From a virus: a stretch of DNA of 64,000 nt. The stretch is taken from IMG/VR virus record IMGVR_UViG_3300013006_000018; one strand, given 5' to 3'. Of the stretch, positions 37,139 to 47,405 are shown in pieces; position 1 is the stretch's first letter; each line of letters opens with the position of its first letter. The notes below the pieces were generated by a model that saw only the letters and a program-made list of their open reading frames with translations, had not been told where the DNA came from and did no database searches. The position numbers and the translations under genes were made by a program.

Positions 37139-38926
37139 TTAATGCTTGCTGCTACAGCTGCAAGATCTTTTTCCTGCCAATTCCTTAATCGCTTCTATTA
37201 ATAATGGAACAATTTTTTCATACTGTACGGTCAAGTAATTTTCTTTAGATATACTGTTATTATCCTTATCTAGATCAAACGGTGCAGGCACAACAGCTTC
37301 AGGTAGTACTTTTTGTATCTCTTGGGCGATAACACCGACCCTTTGCTTATCATCAAAACCGAGATCGATTGCTTTTTTATTGTGTTTATAGATAATACCT
37401 GAAAGAGTTAGTACCTTTTCCAAAGCACCGGGGATAACGCCTGTGATGTCCTTTAATCTTTCATCAGAAGTAAAGGCTGTTATGTCTCCTGTACAGAGAG
37501 TTGCACCATTAATCTGTAGGGTACCAGAACCTGGCTGCAGTGTTAGTGCACCGTTAGGGTTAATTGTAGTTGTCGAGCCTCGTATTAAGACTGTTCCTGT
37601 TGGTTGTATTTCAACATTGCTTGTGGGGTTGATATAAACAGGCCCCGCCTTGCCTACATATGTATTGTTACTATCAATCTGAATATTACCCCCGGAAGCT
37701 CTCATAATAATACCGCCAGCTCCTGCAGATAATCCCATAAAGGCATTTATACCTGTACGTACTACGAAATTATTATCATCCCCACCAGGCCTAGGGGCAA
37801 AGCTTACAGCACCTGAGACAGAGAAATTAGCGTTGTATTGTGATGCCTTAGTAGCCCAACTTTCAGTACCGATACCAACAAACGGACCGTCCGCTATAGT
37901 GAGAACCGTATTGAGTCCGGCGGGATGTATGTTATTATCACCATCGAATCTAGCTATACCTTGTTGCGAGGTATCTTTCTGCCAAACAACAAGGGCGGGT
38001 GAGTTTTTGTTAGTATTAACAACAGATAAAGCACTTGTGGTAGAGATTACTGTTTCGAGATATGTTAAGTCCCCGTAGACTGATAAATTACCTGTAATAG
38101 TAGCATTTGCATCACAGAAGATATTGTTTCTAAATAATGCTAACCCGGTAAAATCTAGATCAGGTGATGATGTGTCACCGTTAGCGGGGGGTGTAAAGAG
38201 TAAATTATTATTGCTGTCCAGTGTTATTAGAGTTGTATTGTTCCTCTTTAAGAGTAAGGCGTCTTTTGCAAGAATATTAAAATTACCACTAACAGCCTCG
38301 ATTGTATTTTGATTGGCACGTATTTGAATTTGATTAGGGTTAGGGACGTTACCATTAATATACATTTTATCATCAATATTAACGCGTGCTTCAAGACTGT
38401 TCTTTACATATCTATTTCTCGCATCACCAAAGTAAAAGCTTTGATATAGTGAACATAAAGACCAATAGGTGGTGTCGAGATTTATCTTTCCGTATGTTTG
38501 TTGAATTGAATTCGGTAATCCGGTATCTGTATATTCAAGGTTAAACCCATCGCCAATTAATTCTCTTGAAACTCTCCATAACCCACCGATTGCTTCGGGG
38601 TTTTCTATTGAGTTAGGGTAGGGTAGCGGGCCTGCTGCATCCCAAGATAGCCCATTATAGCTAAATAAATTACCTTGCTTGGTGTCATAGATTAAATCAC
38701 CTATAAACGCGAGCGACGTGAATAAATTCTTATTGCTAGTTCTGCCTAAGAACAAGTTGCTCACTGTACGACCACCTTGCGATACACCGTCCCCTACAAA
38801 AAGCCTTTGTGTATCTACAGTATACCCAAGTTCTCCTTCAGAAAGAATAGTAGTAATTCTATCTGAATTCTGGCCTCTTCTAACAAGAATTTTTACTAAA
38901 GTATCAGATGTGATTTCTATAGCCAT
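37139..38926 (-). CDS. Tail fibre: Mtd_N-like N-terminus and C-terminal peptidase S74 autochaperone
   Basis: KILVRRG...GELGYTVDT.RLFVGDG; GDITAFT|SDERLK...GVIAQE...VPLLIEAIKEL. Confidence 0.85.
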   Translation of the reverse strand: MAIEITSDTLVKILVRRGQNSDRITTILSEGELGYTVDTQRLFVGDGVSQGGRTVSNLFLGRTSNKNLFTSLAFIGDLIYDTKQGNLFSYNGLSWDAAGPLPYPNSIENPEAIGGLWRVSRELIGDGFNLEYTDTGLPNSIQQTYGKINLDTTYWSLCSLYQSFYFGDARNRYVKNSLEARVNIDDKMYINGNVPNPNQIQIRANQNTIEAVSGNFNILAKDALLLKRNNTTLITLDSNNNLLFTPPANGDTSSPDLDFTGLALFRNNIFCDANATITGNLSVYGDLTYLETVISTTSALSVVNTNKNSPALVVWQKDTSQQGIARFDGDNNIHPAGLNTVLTIADGPFVGIGTESWATKASQYNANFSVSGAVSFAPRPGGDDNNFVVRTGINAFMGLSAGAGGIIMRASGGNIQIDSNNTYVGKAGPVYINPTSNVEIQPTGTVLIRGSTTTINPNGALTLQPGSGTLQINGATLCTGDITAFTSDERLKDITGVIPGALEKVLTLSGIIYKHNKKAIDLGFDDKQRVGVIAQEIQKVLPEAVVPAPFDLDKDNNSISKENYLTVQYEKIVPLLIEAIKELAGKRSCSCSSKH

Positions 38927-38927
38927 A

Positions 38928-39608
38928 TTATGAGATCATTAAATTGCTTCCGCTTTTCCAGAGTTTGCCTGGAGTGGCGGGCGCTACAGTTGGTAGATTA
39001 TCGATACCAAAACCTGTGCCGTTAATGTTTTGATTTGTAGTTATAAGACTAGAGATGTTGATGACGGAAGGGTTTACAAACAGCTGGTTACTCGCATTTA
39101 TTTTTATAGTAGAATTGTCGTGATTTATTGAAAGGGGCGCTGTAGCGCCTGATCTGTATAACCCTGTAGTAGCTCCTGAATAAACTGAAGAATGAAGATT
39201 AATGGCACTGATTGAATTTGTAGTAACAGTGAGCTTACCTTGAGGGCTGAACGTTATAGAACTATCATCAGTTCTTGGACCTATATACATGTATGCAGAT
39301 CTACTACTGTAAAGCGGGAAGTTATTAGCATCTACACCAGTAAGAGCATATAGTTTACTATCACCGGTATTGAATATTAAGTCGTTAAGTTGTGCGAATT
39401 TAAAAACACTGATGGTAGTATCTAGATTACCTTGATAGAGTTTAGTGGAAACCGAACTACCTCCTGCGGTAGACCCATCACCAACGAACAGACGACGTGA
39501 CTGTACATCTGTAGTAAAACCGAGCTCACCGTTGTCTAAGATAACTAGCTTTCTTTCCGCATCTGTACCGCGTCTTATTTTGATTTTAGCTATAGTTACG
39601 GTTGCCAT
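38928..39608 (-). CDS. Short tail-fibre protein with Mtd_N-like N-terminus
   Basis: KIKIRRG...GELGFTTD..RLFVGDG; LPT..P..PGKLW. Confidence 0.75.
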   Translation of the reverse strand: MATVTIAKIKIRRGTDAERKLVILDNGELGFTTDVQSRRLFVGDGSTAGGSSVSTKLYQGNLDTTISVFKFAQLNDLIFNTGDSKLYALTGVDANNFPLYSSRSAYMYIGPRTDDSSITFSPQGKLTVTTNSISAINLHSSVYSGATTGLYRSGATAPLSINHDNSTIKINASNQLFVNPSVINISSLITTNQNINGTGFGIDNLPTVAPATPGKLWKSGSNLMIS

Positions 39609-39648
39609 TGAGAATATTTATTAAAAAAATTTAAATTCCAAAGTTATT

Positions 39649-41253
39649 TTAACCTATTCTGACTATATCACTATCTAAAGGACCGTAACTAACATCATCT
39701 TTTAGAATATTTAACATACTTTCTTGGTCGTTGTATATCTTTTCTAAGCTTCTGTTAACTATGTTATTTTGTAAGATTTCATTTATACCGATAAAGTATG
39801 TTATATCTTGCTCAAACGATATTGAGCTATACTCTTCAGGTAGTAGGTAACGCGCGCCGTTGAATACAAGATTGTTGTAATTATCTTTACTGGCTACAAA
39901 TTTACCTTTAATTTGATCACGTAATCTCATATTAACAATACAAAATTTTGAAAGTGCTTTGTTAAGGACCCAGTTTTGAAGATACTCTTCTTTGTCAATT
40001 TTTATTTCATCAAAGCTATAAACGTCAAAGTCATTTACCGATAAAACGTCGTATAAATTAATACTATCATAGACTAGAGCGATTTTTCCAACGTTATTAT
40101 ACCAGAGAAATATAAAGACTTGTTCCCTACCATTAACATTAATCGATTCCGCACTCTTAATGACTTGATTACTATCAACTTTAACACGGTAAAATAGATA
40201 CTTGCCGATATTTATATTAGGTTTCGATACAAACCGCTTGTATATATTTTTTGAAGTTACTATATAGAAGATATTGCTGTTTGTCTTAGAGAAAAATATG
40301 TTACGTAAGACTTCGCCTGCTTGTGTATTGATTGTTACTTCTTCTTTTACTTGAAAGTTATTAGAATATACAAATATTTTTTTATCGTTTGTTAAGACAT
40401 AAATTTTGCCTGCATTATCGCAGCTTATATTCATAGGATATGAAGACAGAAAATCAGTAAACAATCTGTAGGATGTTATCCAATTTAAGTTAGAATCATA
40501 TTTTTTAATTGTTTTATTTCCAGAATCTAAAACATACACGTTATCATTAAAAATGGTTATACCTTCTGGTGAGTTAAATTCCGTTTTATCTCTTGTAGAG
40601 CCATATCCACCTATGCTCTTAATAAAGATAGGTATATTTTTATAGATGTTATCGTCTGTTAAAAACCCAGCTACATCATACTTGAATAAATAATTTAACC
40701 CTTTATCAAGTACAAACATGTTATTGAGAGAATTAAATGATATGGCTACGATATTATTAAATAGTACTCCGGAATCACTATAACTTGCATCAGATTGAAA
40801 AGTTAAGCTACCAAAAGTATTATAAAAATTCGAAATAATTGTTGAAATAGAACCGGAATTACTCAAAAATATTGTATATTCATCTTTATTTTTATTAGTT
40901 TGAACTGAAATGATAGTAGTGTTGTCTATATTATTATAACCTCTACCTGAAAATGAATAAAATTCACTGGCGCTTAACCCACGCTTCCATGTTAAGTTAG
41001 TATCTATAGTTGAAGATAGACCAAAAGTTGCAGTAGCTGAGATAGGTATTATGTTTGAAGCAATTTTACTGTACTTGTAAAGATATAATGTATTTTCATA
41101 GAGTTTTAATAATTTAGAATTTATTATATCACTAGTAGCGATTTCGTTGGGCTGAATCTTAATATCTTCAAAAGAATAAGGTAGTTCTATAGAATCACCC
41201 AGATATCTGTCATACAGCAAGCCACGAGATTCAAAAATATTACTAATATTCAT
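39649..41253 (-). CDS. Virion structural protein with NHL/beta-propeller repeats
   Basis: EFNSPEGI...VYVLDSGNKTIKKYD. Confidence 0.65.
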   Translation of the reverse strand: MNISNIFESRGLLYDRYLGDSIELPYSFEDIKIQPNEIATSDIINSKLLKLYENTLYLYKYSKIASNIIPISATATFGLSSTIDTNLTWKRGLSASEFYSFSGRGYNNIDNTTIISVQTNKNKDEYTIFLSNSGSISTIISNFYNTFGSLTFQSDASYSDSGVLFNNIVAISFNSLNNMFVLDKGLNYLFKYDVAGFLTDDNIYKNIPIFIKSIGGYGSTRDKTEFNSPEGITIFNDNVYVLDSGNKTIKKYDSNLNWITSYRLFTDFLSSYPMNISCDNAGKIYVLTNDKKIFVYSNNFQVKEEVTINTQAGEVLRNIFFSKTNSNIFYIVTSKNIYKRFVSKPNINIGKYLFYRVKVDSNQVIKSAESINVNGREQVFIFLWYNNVGKIALVYDSINLYDVLSVNDFDVYSFDEIKIDKEEYLQNWVLNKALSKFCIVNMRLRDQIKGKFVASKDNYNNLVFNGARYLLPEEYSSISFEQDITYFIGINEILQNNIVNRSLEKIYNDQESMLNILKDDVSYGPLDSDIVRIG

Positions 41254-44200
41254 TTATTGTACCCATTTAATTTCATTTATCTTAGTATAACCAGGAGCTG
41301 TCTGTTCTAAGAACGTTAAGACCCTGGCTTCGAGAGCAGCCCGTAATTCTTTATCACTAATACCGGTGTTCTTTATTATAATATTGAAGTTAGTAGCTTT
41401 TGACCCGGGTTTTTTAAACTTAAAGAACCGCTCTACTTCTTCTAAGTAATTCCGTTTACCGCATGCTGTATCGAAGTTTACAGGTAAAATATTAAGGCTT
41501 TCCTTGTTGTGAAAGTAGATATCAAAATTGTTTAACGGCTTATTATATAGATAGAAATTCTTTATTTTAAAACCGTCTATTAAATAGATAGGCTTTTGTA
41601 GGTAGTTAAAGAGCGGTAAAGAATTTGTATAAATACTACTTCCAATAAAGAACGGTCTTTCAATTAAATTACTAAATTTATATTTTCTAGGTGAAAACTC
41701 AGATCTTTGAATTTCTTTACTATCTATAAATAGAGACATATAGCCCTTATATGAGTCATAACGAACTGCAAAATGATGATAACCAGCATCCAGCGATGAG
41801 AGGCCTGCAGTTATTTCTATGTCCTCTTTTTGTATGTTATTAAAGACATTTACAAGTCTAGCTTTAACGGTCAAACTGCTATCCGGATATTTGGCTTGAA
41901 TATAGTTTCTAAGATAAGCTGAATTAGTTAAGTTTGAACCAAAAGCGGTTGTTTTATCTGTATATGTAGTGTTTTTAATACTCCCGTCATTATTGAGAGT
42001 AACAAATTTAATTTTATTGCCCGATAGTGGTCCTTGTTGCAGAATTATTGGATATGTGTTAATTCCTTGATTGGTAATTTCGGATACGAAATCGATATCA
42101 TAATTTTCATATGAGGAATCAGTAAAGACACCTGAGAGCACAAACGTTCTATCTTCAGTGAGCTTAATATAGCTATTTTTATTGTACAACACCCATATAT
42201 TATTATCAAAATCAAAATTAAAAGTATCAACTTTATAGTTATTCTTATAGGCTGTCAACACAGGAACTGAATTCGATTGAAAATCTTTCCACTTAAGGAT
42301 CGTATTGGTATTATCTTTTAGATAGTAAATATCATTACCTACTTTTCTAGATATTCTACCCGGGGTCATATATACATACCCGTCATAAAACACAAAAGAT
42401 TTAACACTAGATGTTGTAACAGACGGGAACTCTCCGGAAGGAGAACGTCTTCTTATGATGTAATCAGGGTCACCAGTTACATCTTCAATATTCATGTTTA
42501 TTAAGTCTGCTCTATAGAACTTATTAGTAAATGACGGTCCCGCTGGCACTACACATAGAAAAAAGGCTTCTTCATTACCATAGTCGTAGTAAGTTGTATA
42601 TTTTATTTCATCGTTGGCATCTTTAATTATTTTCGTCTGTGTGTGTAAGTTGGACATCTTTATGAGACTACTATCAGTAGTAACAACATAGTAGTCTGTA
42701 AACCCGTCGTATCTTAAAACACATAACACATTTGACTTAAATTCTATAGTCTGAAGATATTTTAAATCTGTATTGTAAATTTCTATGTTAGTTTTATTGT
42801 TGAGCAATAGAGTTGGTGTTACAACATTGTAATTAAAAATACCAAAGCCATCACCTGCGTAATTACCCATAATTTGGTAACCGAAAGGTTTTGTCCAGTC
42901 ATCTGAATGACCGAAGAAGCATATAGTAAATTGATTTGTGTCTTCAATTGAAGAAAGATTAACGGTTTGGGAGTACTGAGTACCATTAAAAATAAATTCT
43001 CTTTGATTTTCAATTGCAGGGTCGTATGCTGGCGAACCGTTTATATATTTAAAATTGCTTAGTTCTTTTTGTACTAAGAAAGGTTTAAATATATTAATAA
43101 ACCCGTCAGTATATTTCGGACCTATACGCTGGTAAGCATAATATGTACCTGGTTCAAATATTAAATCAGAAGGCTTATCAAATACATCTATATCAGCTAA
43201 AATAGCTCTGGCTTGATCAAATAAGCATTCAAATAGTGATACATATCTTATAGCTTCAAATGTATTCCCACTTAAAGCATCAAAAAAAGATATTTTTTTA
43301 GGGTTATAGTATCTATCCACCCATAAAGGCTTGACATCAGAATTAATACTGCCAGAAAGCCATGAGCATAGAAATGTTGAATCGGTCTCTTCAATTGTAT
43401 CACCGAAATGCGAGGTCAGCTTGTAGTCGGCCTTTTTCTTGAAGACTCTATCAGACTTTAAAGGATGGTCACCTGCTATTGCACCGGCTTCTATAAGACC
43501 TGAATCATTAATATTTAGAATTTTATAAGGGTAAAAATTATAAGGTATATGAAAATATGTAACTTTATCCGGATTAAACGTAATTAAATTAGTAAACGCC
43601 TCGTAAGAGAAAGAAATGTTATCGTCACCAAGTATCTGATTAGATCCAGAGAAAATCTTTTTATAATCTCTTTGCTCAACAGCGGTTTGAAAGATAAAAG
43701 GGTTATTTCTAGATTGAAAATTTTCAGGTGTATTAGTATTTTTGAGAGAAAGACAGTTAACATCGAGTGTAGTACCGCTTACATTAAAAAACTCATTATG
43801 AACAAGAATATTTGATTGAATGTCTTCATAGCTTCTTAGAGGGTTAATATCTTGTGAATTGTTTTTAAAGTTTTTATTGTAAGAGACCCAGGAATCGTAT
43901 AATTTTGTGTTGTTAGATACCTCAGGTCTATACATACACTTCCAAAGGCTTAGCGATGAGTAGGGAATTGAACCAGCAGTCAGTGGATCAGAAAGAACAA
44001 GTTTGTTGGTGGTGTTGTTGAGCTCTAAAAACTTAGGTACATCGTTTAAATTTTTTAAAAATAAAATTGCATCACTATCTTTATCGTAGATATAATTAAA
44101 GATTTGCGGGCTATATTGACCTAAAGCATCAACACTTGCATCCACAGCAAATACTAGATTATTTGTAACATCAACTGTTAGATATCTTGCAACACCCTTG

Positions 44201-44643
44201 TCTTCATGTGATATTTTACATGAAGCTTCATCTAGAAAGATAATATCAAACAAGTATCTTTGGTCTAATTCTGCAATACTACCGGAAACAGCCACAGCAG
44301 CAGCAGTGGCACTTATATCTTTTTCTTGGATAACCCAAAACTTAGAAAAGTTTGTAACGCTAGGTATAGCATTACCTGCTAGATAAGTAGAAAACCCTTC
44401 ATCTACTAGTTGATCTAACTGTTTAATGGAAAAAGCATCGTTAATATTTTGTTTTTTAGATAAAAATAAATTAGAATAGTTATTAACTTTATTATCATTA
44501 GTATTTAAAAAAATGTCAGAAAACTGATAAGATATACCTGCATCGGTAGCATATTGATAGCCGTTTACTTCGAACGTTTTATCATGCTTATATGCAGCCG
44601 ATAATACAGCCAGATTATTTGTATTAAAAGCATTAATATTCAT
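41254..44643 (-). CDS. Large virion structural (baseplate/tail) protein with LamG-like segments
   Basis: HHFAVRYD...LFID, FYLYNKPL; late-gene context. Confidence 0.55.
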   Translation of the reverse strand: MNINAFNTNNLAVLSAAYKHDKTFEVNGYQYATDAGISYQFSDIFLNTNDNKVNNYSNLFLSKKQNINDAFSIKQLDQLVDEGFSTYLAGNAIPSVTNFSKFWVIQEKDISATAAAVAVSGSIAELDQRYLFDIIFLDEASCKISHEDKGVARYLTVDVTNNLVFAVDASVDALGQYSPQIFNYIYDKDSDAILFLKNLNDVPKFLELNNTTNKLVLSDPLTAGSIPYSSLSLWKCMYRPEVSNNTKLYDSWVSYNKNFKNNSQDINPLRSYEDIQSNILVHNEFFNVSGTTLDVNCLSLKNTNTPENFQSRNNPFIFQTAVEQRDYKKIFSGSNQILGDDNISFSYEAFTNLITFNPDKVTYFHIPYNFYPYKILNINDSGLIEAGAIAGDHPLKSDRVFKKKADYKLTSHFGDTIEETDSTFLCSWLSGSINSDVKPLWVDRYYNPKKISFFDALSGNTFEAIRYVSLFECLFDQARAILADIDVFDKPSDLIFEPGTYYAYQRIGPKYTDGFINIFKPFLVQKELSNFKYINGSPAYDPAIENQREFIFNGTQYSQTVNLSSIEDTNQFTICFFGHSDDWTKPFGYQIMGNYAGDGFGIFNYNVVTPTLLLNNKTNIEIYNTDLKYLQTIEFKSNVLCVLRYDGFTDYYVVTTDSSLIKMSNLHTQTKIIKDANDEIKYTTYYDYGNEEAFFLCVVPAGPSFTNKFYRADLINMNIEDVTGDPDYIIRRRSPSGEFPSVTTSSVKSFVFYDGYVYMTPGRISRKVGNDIYYLKDNTNTILKWKDFQSNSVPVLTAYKNNYKVDTFNFDFDNNIWVLYNKNSYIKLTEDRTFVLSGVFTDSSYENYDIDFVSEITNQGINTYPIILQQGPLSGNKIKFVTLNNDGSIKNTTYTDKTTAFGSNLTNSAYLRNYIQAKYPDSSLTVKARLVNVFNNIQKEDIEITAGLSSLDAGYHHFAVRYDSYKGYMSLFIDSKEIQRSEFSPRKYKFSNLIERPFFIGSSIYTNSLPLFNYLQKPIYLIDGFKIKNFYLYNKPLNNFDIYFHNKESLNILPVNFDTACGKRNYLEEVERFFKFKKPGSKATNFNIIIKNTGISDKELRAALEARVLTFLEQTAPGYTKINEIKWVQ

Positions 44644-44679
44644 CTTTAATTACTTATAGAAAATAAAGGGTTTAACATA

Positions 44680-46716
44680 CTAGCAGCCTAATACTACAAT
44701 TGGGCCTGGTTCTGCGGCATTCACCGGTACCCACCCTATAGAAGGTACTGAATACGGATTTGTAGATGGGTTAGAATATAACACACTAAGAGTTGAAGCT
44801 GAGATTATTCTCCATGTAGGTGTCGGCCAGTAGTCTATAACACCATTGTATGTAGTTCCAAATATTACTACTGCATCTATAAAGGGTGTTGGTGCATAAT
44901 AGAAGGGTTTATATGTCGGAATGCTGGCCGATAAGACTAGATTATAACAATTATCAATAGCAGATGTACCGGCGCCGATAACTCTTATGCTTGTAGGTAC
45001 AGCGGTTGGTGTCGGAGTCGGTGTAGAGGTTACAGTAGCTGTGGGTGTCGGTGAAGCGTTATTTGTTCGAGTTATCGAAGGTGTAATTGAAGGTGTTAAT
45101 GAATTGGTAGGTGTGGGTGAATATGTAGGTGTATTGGTTGGAGTCGTTGTATATGTAGGAGTAACTGTTGGTGTGGGTGTATTTGTTGGTGTTGCTGGAA
45201 TTGTTGGTGTCGGGGTGGGTGTTATACCGTCAAATATGCTTCCCTTGGGCAGCACAGCAGGTGCAGATATAACTTCAAAGGTTGTTATGTAGTTTGGAGA
45301 TTGAAATTCAAGAATTTCAACACTCTTGCTGTTGGTTCTTGCAATACTATTAATCAGGTGCTGCGAACTTGTATCGTAGGATGAAAAAGGTAGTAGTTTA
45401 AAATTAATTTTGAATGTATTAAAGTCAAAATTACCCATAATTGCAGTTATCGAAGCAGAAAATGAGGTTAATTCTTGTTCGGTGGGGAGATAAGTAAACT
45501 GGACGGCGTAGCTCTTAGGATCTGCAGGGTCAGCACCAATTCTAATGATATTATCTCCTGAATAGGTATAGGTAGGCACAATATCTTTTTCAATTGTAAT
45601 TGTTTTACCATTATCATTACTATAGATTAACTTTAATATCTTAAAATAATTATCGGAAATTGCAGAAGGATTTATTGTAAGTGTAAGATCACCTTTGTAG
45701 AAACCTATATCAATTTCATTACTTCTTCTTTGAATAGGATACCCCCAAGGGTAGATACTACCACCATTAGCTGATGCATTAAAGTAGAAATTAGATGCAG
45801 TTAGAATGTAGTTATATGTATTAATATCGTTATTGACCTGCTGCTGGGTGAATGAATAGTTAAACATTTTAGTAACTGCAATACTGCCTGTGTAGTGTTC
45901 TGAAGTACCGCCGTCTGGGTTAGCGTCCTCTGGCGCGCCTCCGATTTGAAGAGGCGAGGAGGATGTAGCATTAGAATTCGCGCTTGCTCCAGATATGTCT
46001 AAATCTACACCACTAACATTAAGTAGATACGTCAAAGGAAGGCTCGCTGCGGGGCGTAAATATTGCTTTACACCGTTTATATAGAGGTTAGCAATATTTG
46101 TATTTCTATTAAAGACAGCAGCTACATGATTAAACCCGTTGTGCTTTAGCGGAGACCCGCTAGTTTCAAAATAAACACAATTACAACCAGGGCCATATGC
46201 AATATTACTGCCTATACCGCTATAAACTTTACCGCTCTTTGAAACTTGTAACACATATCCCGGGCTCAACGCCCAATGCCCGTGTGAAATAATTCTTCTT
46301 TGGTTTGTTGATGGTTGAGCAGTGAAACCTGAGAATACTGATACTAAAGTAAAGCTGCCTGTACCGAAGTCGAAAGAATTGTTATCTGCAAATTTAATTC
46401 TATCTAACTTACGAGCACTTAAATTAAAATACTTGTTATTATTACTAGTAACCTTGACACTTCCTACCTGGCTATAGTTAGAAATATCGTTAACAGAAAG
46501 ATTGCCATAGTAACAGTACGGGTTAAAGGATTCTATATAAAGATTAGCGAGCTGTGGAGGTGTTGCTACCGGAGAAGAGAAATAACCGTCATTGACGGTG
46601 CATAAATAAGAAAAAGCTGTACTATAAATTGGGTCTACAAACAAATAACCGTTAATACAATCAGGTTTTTGTATAGGCGCTTGGTATGAAGACAGTACGG
46701 CAGAATAAAACTTCAC
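44680..46716 (-). CDS. LamG domain + PT stalk + small C-terminal module protein
   Basis: [17 protein letters not shown]...LYINGV, LQIGG; ~75 aa PT repeat; TATAAATA 5 nt before GTG. Confidence 0.75.
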   Translation of the reverse strand: MKFYSAVLSSYQAPIQKPDCINGYLFVDPIYSTAFSYLCTVNDGYFSSPVATPPQLANLYIESFNPYCYYGNLSVNDISNYSQVGSVKVTSNNNKYFNLSARKLDRIKFADNNSFDFGTGSFTLVSVFSGFTAQPSTNQRRIISHGHWALSPGYVLQVSKSGKVYSGIGSNIAYGPGCNCVYFETSGSPLKHNGFNHVAAVFNRNTNIANLYINGVKQYLRPAASLPLTYLLNVSGVDLDISGASANSNATSSSPLQIGGAPEDANPDGGTSEHYTGSIAVTKMFNYSFTQQQVNNDINTYNYILTASNFYFNASANGGSIYPWGYPIQRRSNEIDIGFYKGDLTLTINPSAISDNYFKILKLIYSNDNGKTITIEKDIVPTYTYSGDNIIRIGADPADPKSYAVQFTYLPTEQELTSFSASITAIMGNFDFNTFKINFKLLPFSSYDTSSQHLINSIARTNSKSVEILEFQSPNYITTFEVISAPAVLPKGSIFDGITPTPTPTIPATPTNTPTPTVTPTYTTTPTNTPTYSPTPTNSLTPSITPSITRTNNASPTPTATVTSTPTPTPTAVPTSIRVIGAGTSAIDNCYNLVLSASIPTYKPFYYAPTPFIDAVVIFGTTYNGVIDYWPTPTWRIISASTLSVLYSNPSTNPYSVPSIGWVPVNAAEPGPIVVLGC

Positions 46717-46762
46717 TCAAATATTTATATCAATCTCTGAATTCTACCACAAATGACAGATA

Positions 46763-47374
46763 TTACTTCAACCCTAATACTAGATAAGACCCTCTGTCAA
46801 AATAATTAGTAGCACTAGATGTATATAGAGTTATGCGGGTGTTGGCTGGTGTATAATTATGTGCTTTCATGAATACATAACTTCCATTGGTGTCATACTG
46901 TTGCCCACCATTTTCACTAACTGACATTAAAGTACCACCAATTAGATCTATTGTACAGTGTGCCCATACACCTGTGCTACCCGAGCTGTTATTATGGGTG
47001 ATGCAGCCATTTGAATAACTATTTATTGCTAAAGTAGTATTACCCGCTGTCATACTTACATCTTTGAGTATTAGTTTTAATATTTTATATTTAGTTAAGC
47101 TTCCCGTGTTTAACTCAAAAGAAGACTGTGTGTTGAACCCACCCGCAACAGGTAGTACGCCGGACACTAGTGTATCGACACCGTTAGAAATATAACCATT
47201 TGGGTTTGTACTATTGTAAGGAGTATATCCTAGGGAAGTTGTTATTTGACCAGCAGTGACAATTCCACATACTTGTGATACTGTAACTTTTCCTGTAGTT
47301 ATTCCATCAGAAACTGGAAGAACGAGACTCCCGTTGGGTGACGATGCGGGTAATTGTGATATTTTTACTGCCAT
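46763..47374 (-). CDS. Short fibre/decoration protein
   Basis: MAVKISQLP..., LGYTPYNSTNPNGYIS, FDRGSYLVLG. Confidence 0.6.
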   Translation of the reverse strand: MAVKISQLPASSPNGSLVLPVSDGITTGKVTVSQVCGIVTAGQITTSLGYTPYNSTNPNGYISNGVDTLVSGVLPVAGGFNTQSSFELNTGSLTKYKILKLILKDVSMTAGNTTLAINSYSNGCITHNNSSGSTGVWAHCTIDLIGGTLMSVSENGGQQYDTNGSYVFMKAHNYTPANTRITLYTSSATNYFDRGSYLVLGLK

Positions 47375-47405
47375 ATATTATTATTTATTGTTTTGTACCC
47401 TTATT

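Noticed and set aside
37139-39608. Diversity-generating retroelement suggested by Mtd_N-like domains
   Set aside because: No reverse transcriptase and no TR/VR pair with adenine-specific mismatches seen in the window
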